In this document: positions 54,369 through 64,000 of the stretch, piece by piece
Position numbering within the stretch: the first letter of the stretch is position 1
Layout of the letters: every line of letters starts with the position of its first letter
Assembly (NCBI RefSeq): GCF_002113885.1
Contig: NW_018404269.1
Span: 6,108-70,107 of the forward strand
Direction: 5' to 3'
Origin: Mizuhopecten yessoensis
Lineage: Eukaryota
Length of the DNA stretch: 64,000 nt
Notes under the pieces: model-generated
Database searches by the model: none
What the model was told of the DNA's origin: nothing
What the model saw: only the letters and a program-made list of their open reading frames with translations
Position numbers and translations under genes: made by a program

Positions 54369-57300
54369 ATGGCAGAGTTTGGGTACGTACTAGGGTTACT
54401 CCTGGTTACTCTTACAGAACTCTCAGCACAAGGTAAGTCGGCCACTGTTTAATTTTGTACACTTTCTCGATTTCAAAATACGTTTTTATTGTTGTTTTAT
54501 CAATAACCTTTCCGTAGAAATATAGATTTGTTTGTCCTTACAGCACGTATATATATTTAGACTTCATACACAGATAATGAAGAAGTTAACATTATTTCAA
54601 AACGTAAGAAGAAGGTTAATATCAAGTTATGTGCATGGCTAACAACAGATTTGGTATAAGCATTCAGCATTCAAATTGTTCAGTGTGCACATCAAAAAAC
54701 CAAGGCAACAGATCCTTTTTGTTTTCGTACTTTCTTTTCGCGTTTAGATTCGTCCCTTCTTGTCCTTGTGTATTGATGCAGTGGTTTATTTATTTTTATA
54801 TCCATTTAAAATCGGTGTTGACAAAAGAAATTCATGGTTATGCAAAACCGAGACAGCATAAATTAGTTGCAAAATATGCAGACCATACCCGACGATCCGT
54901 TTTATTCATAGATAGTTATTGATATCGATCTAGATAGTGACAGTCGATTCACATTACATACGTGTATGTACATGTAACATGATTTACATATAACCAAGTA
55001 CTGGTGGAGTGATCACAATAATGGCCGATACTGAATTGTCTTCCTAAAATTCACTGTATGAGAATGAAATAGCTATATTTAATCAGTATAACTACATCGT
55101 TATACACATTTTTGATATATAACATATGTAATCAAAAACGTTTTGACGTCAAAGGTTTAAAATATAGGATAGCATGAATAGACAGTAAAAAAACTGTAGT
55201 TTTTGGCGTTTTCCTGTGTTTTGATACTTAATCTATGTGTTATTCAACGAACCGTAGATAATGTATGTTTCTTTAAAACTAAATATTAGGGGTGTATCTT
55301 TCCGTTTTTATTCGTAAAACATGCATTCGTGGTTGCCAAACGATGACAGAGAACTTCAACATTTCGAGAAAATTGACACCATGTCAACACCATGTCAACA
55401 TCATGCAGTTCCTGTATGTTCATAACATGAACATCGCCATCCCTAAAAATATACTTCCTATGAATAGTCAGTTGAATAATAAGACTAGTGTACCCAAATT
55501 AATTATCGTATGGGGAAAATTATGTGAAAACCCCTGAAGTATTTGTTTTCTGTGTCATCCGCTAGCGTGAATTGAAGAATCTTAAATTAATCCGCTTTCA
55601 TTTTGCAAAATTTGGGACCTCCGCCACCTTCCCCTTTCCTTACTTGCTCGAGGTGGTTGACACTGTCTCTCTGGGTTCCTCTGTTTAGGCCGTTGTCTGA
55701 ATAAATTTGACCTATTGGCGTGTCATAATTTCATGTCAAGGTCATGGCATTTCAGTGAGATGGCACTTTAAGAGTAAGAGGGCTTTTGAGTGACCCCACC
55801 ATCAGCGGCCATCGTCCCCTTATAACTTTAGTTGTCATGATGACGCCAAACCTAGCAGAGTAAAATATATCTGTGATCGACCATAGCTATATTACCTGGG
55901 TTTCTCGACGTCATATGCACCAGTTGTATAATAAAGCTATTCAAAGTTGTTTTCTCCTCTGGCTTTTGTGTGTATAGGCCTTTTACGTGCTCTACGGGTT
56001 TAGGTAATTATCGTATTCTTTACTCTACCCATACACTTATGTTAGCAAAGTGTAATGGGCTTGTGTATAAGTAGTGTTCGACTAGGTAAATATGAAGGCC
56101 TACATCCTTACCTGTACTATTCCATTTGAGAAATAGTCAACATATGTGCGTGAATTATGGTTGAATTTATAACGAGGGTGCACAATAATGAATTGATAAT
56201 TTTTCCAGCATTTCCGAATCCAGAGTTGTATATTTCACCATGATATATAAATATATGTTGATTATATCCATTCAACATGTACCATGCAAAATGTGATGGA
56301 AGCCTTTTTCTAGGCTACCTCATCAGTGGGCATGACCCTTTGATAAGCACGGTGACCTAGATATAATCTTACTATTTGAATGTTGTTCTTTTGCACACAC
56401 TAACACGTGATGTCTACATATCTCCATTTCACAACAAGCTGTTCGTTTTTAGCATGTCTGATCCTATGGGCAGTTCAATTTAGCATGGATATATTGGGGA
56501 AGTATTGTTTTTAAATGTTTAGTCGCCATGCGGTCGACAAACGATAAACAATAAACACTGACGTCATGCTTTGTGCCAGATGTTTATTTCTTTCAATCAA
56601 AACCACCAATCTTTCGACATCGGTTGTCCACACATGAAATCAACATCTGACAGAATTAACGACACTATTTCTAGTCACCTTCGCGGTAAGTTCAGCTGAA
56701 CATTCCATTCTGGCCATGAACTCTTGAAAAGTTTTAAATAAATCCAGAGGTTAAATATATGTTCTTTTGTTTACCTGTTTACCTGCTATCAAATCTTCAC
56801 TACATATAAACTGAAATGCGGGAACCCTCATTAGACAAATAAAATCATCCATTTGCGGGTGAGGTTTTTAGAAGAGCGTTGGTTTGTTGGAATAATAATT
56901 AAACACACTCGCACGCACGGTCAATGGTTCAATAATTCATGGGTATTAACCAATGAAAAGTGTCGTTACATCGCAAACGTGGTAGAACACTGAATATTTC
57001 ATTAGGGCATGGCATGCATTCATACAGGATACAGATAATATATATAGATATCATAATTCTACAGATTGATAAACATGTTTAATCGTGACGCCAAAATAAA
57101 CAATACATTTTGACGTCATTATTGATGATGTCAGAATGAACGAAATTATTAGCAGGGCAATATTCAAAGTTTAATACTATATAAGAAAGTGCGAAATTAA
57201 TAAGCTGAAAGATAAAAACACAGAAGGATGTTATTAATGAGGAACGGAAGCACGACAATCGTGAGATCAAAACCGTAACATATATGATACAAGTTGATGA

Positions 57301-60300
57301 TGAGATGACCATTATAATCATACTGTAGGTAAATGTCGTGACACAAAGCTTAAGAACATGTGATATCTTTGGATTTAATTTCTTCGGGATAAAGGAGATT
57401 CAATTAAGCTAATCTCTTAATTCTTGCCAGATACAGGCAAACTATCATCAGTGAATGAAATATGAATATAGAATTAAAGAAACGGCCGAGTATCTTTTAC
57501 ATTTTCTTGAATATGTAATAACCTGTTTGTTTAAATTCAAACGAATACATACATGTAAGAAACTTTGAAAAATTCGAGCGATGCATTCGTTCTTAATTGT
57601 TTATCCAAATAAAATACAAAACGGCTGTAATATCGTTTTAAAGGACTGACGACTGGTAGTTTTAATATCGTGTTAATATGTATAGTTTTTGTATGATTAT
57701 TAAGATGATTTTGAAAAAATCTGTTAAGCAGCGTGAAAATCCAATAAAGGTAAAAAAAATCTAAACTGCGTTGTTGAATTGTCTGTTTCCTTTCTTATAC
57801 GTTATAGTTATATATAATGGCATTATGTCAACAGAGACTCCGGTTACGTTCAGAACATACGAATGACAGTTATGTATACCATAGAAAAGTTATATTGATA
57901 GAAATAATTTACGGCACTGCTTTTTTTTATTTCGCCGTCAGCTTGAATAAAGAGCAAACGCTTTAGTCGATAACTATTCTTTTTGCTACCATAATGCTTT
58001 AAAGATCTCTATAGGAATTCAGCGAATGTTATACCCTGCGACAAAAACACCCCAGTCTTCGTTCCTTCATGATCGATTCCTCAAAACAAAGTTTTTATTA
58101 GCGAGTGTTTGAACAGGGAGACTGCTTAAATATTACGTGCCAGCCCAGACAGTAACATTAAACCGTCTTGTGTAATACTCTTATACAAAACAGGATCTTC
58201 AGTACAACAACGCTTTATTTACAAAATACGTGACTGTTATTGAAATCACCAGAACTGCATGTGTATATTTTTTTTCGTTTCCAATTCACTTCCTACTTAA
58301 GCACGATTTTACTACACACGTATATCTATATAAAATTAAATAAATCAGACAAAAATTTCAAAGTCCGTCTGATGGTTAAAAATAAAATAAAAAACATAGA
58401 GTTTCTAAGTACCTCCCTAGAGCTTTCACCTCTTTAGATGCTCATCAGGGGGACACTCAGATGAGTTTCTTAAGATGTGAAAGCGCTAGGGAGGTACTAC
58501 ATGTAAGAAACTCTTTGTATTTGTTTTTTAAAATGAAGTTTATATGTTAATATAATATTCGATACATTTTATTGTGAAATAGAGGTAGTGTACAAAACAG
58601 GTTTGGTATATACACATTCACTTTTAAAGCAGCTCCAGTAAGTATTATTAGTATAGACCGACCACATATTGTGAAATAAGGTCTTTTGATAGGGCACAAT
58701 TTCAAGGTTTTCTGACAAAACAGCATTTCGTTGGTAGAAAAATTCGGTGATTACGACTACCCATTCAAACGAATCATTGCTTTATATTAAACTTGTAATT
58801 ACATTGTGCACCTATGAGTTAGCGGATGAAGATTGCCTCCGAAATAAACGAAATTAAATTAAACAAATAACAAAGACACGAAATTATCGATTTCACAGAA
58901 TTTAGAAATTTAACCATTGTGTTTAAATATAACGATATATTGTCCCAGTTAATGACAGTTTGTTAAATAACAGAGCATAAACAGTCATGCGTGAAATGAT
59001 GAGACATTATAAATCCGTACCGAGATATAGACTGACATGTGTGTATGTGTATTTCTATACGTACTGTGTGTACTATGTGTTTCTGTTTATGATGACTTTG
59101 AGACTTTACTCTCATTCTTTAATCTGCTTATTGAGATAAAAAAAAAAGAAGCTTTCAGTTTTTACGAACAACATTTAACGCGTCACAGAAATCCATTGGG
59201 TGACGTTACATCCTGGTTCTACTTTTAATAGCGGTCATAAAATGTTATTAAAATGTTAATTCCGACAGAGACTAGACCCCCAACCGTTCAAACTGTAGAG
59301 TGTTCATCTAGATCTACATGATATACTTGTTTAGAATTCATGTTTCATTATTTTACACATATTTATGTTTTATTTAGAAATCATATCATCACAAATCTCC
59401 GATGTTTTTGCTTCAAAGTACGCTAAATATAGAGCGAGAAACGTAACTATTTATCTTGTAGACATTACAATTACATATCTATATCCTAATATCGAGCCAG
59501 CCAGATGAGGTTGTTGGTATAGGAGATACTTAATATCCATACAAATGTTATCGATTATCAATAAAAATAATAATCTTTATCAAACTTACGGTGGAAGTTT
59601 CTAATACAAAGAGAAAGTTTATAAATTGCTTGTTGTAAGCCTCCTCGTACATCCTGTATCAATACACATTAAGTAACAACAGTGGACATACATGTAGTTT
59701 CGCATGAAAAAAACTCGAGACCTTTTTTGTTTGTTTGAAATAGAAGTTCGTAACAAAGGTACATTGTAGGTTTGTACAGGTGTTCGTACAGTTCCAGCTG
59801 GAACAGGTTATGCTATATATGTATTTGGACTTCTTTATGACAAAAAAATAAACATTTTGGGAAACTTCGTTTCAGTATCTAGATTTGTCTTTAAGCAAAT
59901 CACGTTTGTAATGAATTGTTTAAAAAAAACACTGTTGAAAGTTTTTATGTGTAAGTTATATCAAACACTGTTTTAGAGGCAATGATTTAGTGTGTTTCTA
60001 CATGTACTTTGCTCGGGTTAGTCCACCCGTTCATTTATTCATGAGGTAGACGTCACACTGGCCTATGGTATACACACATTAACCCTCTGTACTTTCATGC
60101 GTTTCAAATAAATATCGTGGCGACTTTTTAAAACATATTTATTGCCATGACGTGCTCTCAGAGACGCACCCCAGGTACCGCCTATCTGTCTGTGATTAGG
60201 ATATGGTAAAGATTTAACATCCCAAGTTGCCTACAGCCATGTATCTAAACACAGTCTCAATATGTGTACTGATGTTCATTCGATAGCACTTGTGTGGGCC

Positions 60301-63300
60301 ACAAAGCGTGTATTTCTAAGCTGCATCGTATGATAAAAAAGTTTGATCCCGCAGTTAATTCTCATTTTAGTCGAAAATTCGCCATCTTACACACTATATA
60401 TTCTACATTTGTACTTAAATTTGATAACTATGTAAGTACTAGTGTGCACTGCAGTACAAAGATGATAAGGTCTATCCTAATATATATATATATATGACTT
60501 ATATAACCTGTATTCTCGCATATGTATAACAATGTATTGGTAAATCACGTACAGCCTAAAATTCAACCGAATTTTATTTTGACTTATATATAAAAATATG
60601 TAATTGAATCACATCAGATTTTTCTCTCAATATTTATCTGNCCAGATGAGGTTGTTGGTATAGGAGATACTTAATATCCATACAAATGTTATCGATTATC
60701 AATAAAAATAATAATCTTTATCAAACTTACGGTGGAAGTTTCTAATACAAAGAGAAAGTTTATAAATTGCTTGTTGTAAGCCTCCTCGTACATCCTGTAT
60801 CAATACACATTAAGTAACAACAGTGGACATACATGTAGTTTCGCATGAAAAAAACTCGAGACCTTTTTTGTTTGTTTGAAATAGAAGTTCGTAACAAAGG
60901 TACATTGTAGGTTTGTACAGGTGTTCGTACAGTTCCAGCTGGAACAGGTTATGCTATATATGTATTTGGACTTCTTTATGACAAAAAAATAAACATTTTG
61001 GGAAACTTCGTTTCAGTATCTAGATTTGTCTTTAAGCAAATCACGTTTGTAATGAATTGTTTAAAAAAAACACTGTTGAAAGTTTTTATGTGTAAGTTAT
61101 ATCAAACACTGTTTTAGAGGCAATGATTTAGTGTGTTTCTACATGTACTTTGCTCGGGTTAGTCCACCCGTTCATTTATTCATGAGGTAGACGTCACACT
61201 GGCCTATGGTATACACACATTAACCCTCTGTACTTTCATGCGTTTCAAATAAATATCGTGGCGACTTTTTAAAACATATTTATTGCCATGACGTGCTCTC
61301 AGAGACGCACCCCAGGTACCGCCTATCTGTCTGTGATTAGGATATGGTAAAGATTTAACATCCCAAGTTGCCTACAGCCATGTATCTAAACACAGTCTCA
61401 ATATGTGTACTGGTGTTCATTCGATAGCACTTGTGTGGGCCACAAAGCGTGTATTTCTAAGCTGCATCGTATGATAAAAAAAGTTTGATCCCGCAGTTAA
61501 TTCTCATTTTAGTCGAAAATTCGCCATCTTACACACTATATATTCTACATTTGTACTTAAATTTGATAACTATGTAAGTACTAGTGTGCACTGCAGTACA
61601 AAGATGATAAGGTCTATCCTAATATATATATATATGACTTATATAACCTGTATTCTCGCATATGTATAACAATGTATTGGTAAATCACGTACAGCCTAAA
61701 ATTCAACCGAATTTTATTTTGACTTATATATAAAAATATGTAATTGAATCACATCAGATTTTTCTCTCAATATTTATCTGACCATTTCACAACAACAGGA
61801 TAAAAATGACAAAGATGTTTAATAGATACTGAAGATCAGCGAGAAACCATCTGGACATATACATTCTTGTATATAGTGTCGTGTCAAGTTGATCGGTATA
61901 ATATACTGTAAACCTGCTGAAGTGTGACTCTTCCTTGTTTGTAAACAGATTTCATTCTAGATTAATAGGGACATCCTGTGCTTGACTAAAAGCATTTCTA
62001 GTAATGATGAGGGATCGGTGTCAAATAATGTGTGTTACGGATAACAGATTATCCCGTAAAGAAGAGAATATTATAAGCTTAAGCGAAAGTTAAGAACAAT
62101 TTTTTTTGTGCCCTTTTCTGACAGAATTTTTATTATATTGAGACCTTCAATTTTTATGTTTAAGGATGCAAAAGATCTAAAATATGAACAGATACACGCC
62201 AATGAAATAAATAACACTCAGCTGCGTTAATGTACTACAACACAATGGTCGGAAAGACAATTGGGAATATCATTTAAAAATAAGCTTTCTCACAAGTTCT
62301 TACATGTATATAGATAAAACAAGAAAAAGTACCAATATGGTAATCACAAAAGAAAACAACCATTTGAAATAACTATTTTTTTCCTTTTTTACAGAGGCTT
62401 TAATAACGGGTTTTCAATCCTCTGTCGTGAAAAATGGTTCCCTGTACACGTATCAAGGGACAGTCGACCAACTATCAAAGCAGACGACAATCGTACCTGT
62501 GATAACGCATTTCAATACCGGAGTCACCATTACTAGCCTGACCTCTGACCCCGAGAACGATGTCCTGTTCTTTTACGAATACTTCACCCAAACCATATAT
62601 CAGATATCAGATTTTACATCTTTAAACGTCTATCAAGCGTCACCGGTACATGCTGTTTCCAGTTCCTTAAATACCAACATAGCCTTTGATTGGATAACCC
62701 GAAATCTGTACTGTACTGATGGTATTCTAGGATGGATATTGGTGATACACATGGGAGCTACGAGGGAGGTAGATATGGTACGAATCCTGCTGGATACCAA
62801 CATGGAGTCACCAGGTGCCATCACAGTGGACCCAAAGGAAGGGTAACTGTTTAGATAAATACAACTTACAACCGTTTTATTCCTTGCATTAATTACCGAT
62901 GAATCAGAGAAGGACGTTTTTTGTATACTGTATCAATTACTAATTCTATAGGTGCTTCTTAATTTTAAAGTATGTAAAAGCCGAAGAGCGACATGTTTTA
63001 CCACTTGTCATAGAAGTAATACAATTGCTTTTACTATAACATTAATGACATGGCTGCCGTTTGCCTTTTAGTTAGCACCTACCTAAACTATGACTTTGTA
63101 ATTGACTTATCATAATTAAATTTCTCATTGACAAAATAATTCTTTCCTTGCGCTGAGCTCTGTTCTCTGTTCATACATGTATATATGTTCTCGATTTGGA
63201 ATAATTAATTGTGTTCAAAACTGTATACCGGGAGATTGTCGCACTGACAAACCTTCGCCCTGCGCTAGTAAATACATATTCGCCTAGTGTTAATTGGGTC

Positions 63301-63701
63301 CTTCAAATTTGATAACTGTATATACCATGTTGTTTATGTACCAGGGATGAAAAAAGCCAAAGTTAAACGGCGGAGAGAATTTCCCGGTATACAATAATGC
63401 CATGGTGACTTGCTGCTAATATGAATGCTAATTCGAACGTTGTAGTTACATGTTCTGGTCAGACATTTACAAAGGATCTCCCCGTATAGAACGAGCATAC
63501 CTGTCTGGAGAGCGACGCGAGGTGATTGTATCCACCAGTCTGCTCATCATCGGCGACGTATCCGCCGACGTCCAGGAGAGACGCATCTACTGGACAGACA
63601 GGATGCGAAATACCATCGAAAGCTGTATGTATGACGGCCAGCAAAGGGAGATCATTCATCGGCGGAACAATTACGTCTTTTCCGACATCATGACTGACCT
63701 C
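54369..63701 (+). CDS. LDL-receptor-related (YWTD beta-propeller) protein, 5' part; continues beyond the window
   Basis: Signal-peptide exon 54369-54432 (MAEFGYVLGLLLVTLTELSAQ, G|GTAAGT, phase 1). Exon 62395-62842 (IAFDWITRNLYCTD...PGAITVDPKEG, phase 2). Exon 63446-63701 (YMFWSD...RIERAYLSG...RRIYWTD). Phases match. The link to exon 1 spans an 8-kb intron and is less certain. Confidence 0.8.
58397..58515. ncRNA. Inverted pair of minimal hammerhead ribozyme relics (Penelope-like pLTR palindrome)
   Basis: Minus 58452-58413: cccc-CTGATGA-gcatc(taaa)gaggt-GAAA-gctc-TA-gggag. Plus 58455-58494: CAGATGA-gtttc(ttaa)gatgt-GAAA-gcgc-TA-gggagg. The flanks are also inverted (agagtttct...agaaactct). Confidence 0.65.
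59501..61780. other. 1.14-kb near-identical tandem duplication separated by a single N (probable assembly overlap)
   Basis: 59501-60640 matches 60642-61780 except for one substitution and 1-2-nt microsatellite length differences. The N at 60641 sits exactly at the junction. Confidence 0.9.
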
Positions 63702-64000
63702 GTATGTTATGTTGTTTGTACTACTTGTGAATACCATGGTAGGAGTAGCTATACTTTCCTTGTCTATTATCAAAACGGGTAGCACAAAGATAATTCGTGA
63801 TCTTTGTCATCTGATTTTACTAGTAATCAATGTCTGTGTCATATGATTTTACTAGTAATCACTGTCTGATATCTAATTCAGAATAATCAGTAAATGGTAT
63901 GATTTCTAGGTAGAAGAACCACTGTTCTCTTTCCAATCGAAAGGCGGTGTTTTTAATATGTTCAGGCACCTATGAATTAAGGTATTTAATGATATGAATA

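Noticed and set aside
59501-61780. Recent 1.14-kb tandem duplication
   Set aside because: The junction coincides with a single N and the differences are allele-like, so it is most likely an unmerged contig or haplotype overlap. Read depth would confirm.

Overview
AT-rich, intron-containing animal DNA, most consistent with a bivalve mollusc (inferred from the repeat types and gene content). Most listed ORFs are spurious or single exons, so genes were rebuilt by reading splice sites and phases by eye. Five spliced genes for secreted or surface proteins emerge. (1) A 108-aa Gly/Tyr/Arg-rich protein with a signal peptide and a hydrophobic C-terminal anchor (+, 6237-8522). (2, 3) Two neighbouring minus-strand paralogues built from Cys-rich SUEL/Gal-lectin-like plus CUB-like modules with basic tails: gene A (34059-24995, complete, 519 aa) and gene B (16748-10625, N-terminal exon unresolved). 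(4) A 117-aa His-rich secreted three-finger (Ly6/uPAR) protein (+, 43579-46156). (5) The 5' part of a YWTD beta-propeller LRP-like receptor (+, from 54369). Between them lie several minisatellites, decayed Penelope-like RT fragments with hammerhead-ribozyme relics (including a back-to-back inverted pair), a decayed DIRS/Ngaro-type tyrosine-recombinase retroelement with an SGNH hydrolase, tRNA-derived SINEs, TA-flanked MITEs and abundant TACATGTA putative excision footprints. A 1.14-kb duplication around a single N is probably an assembly artefact.
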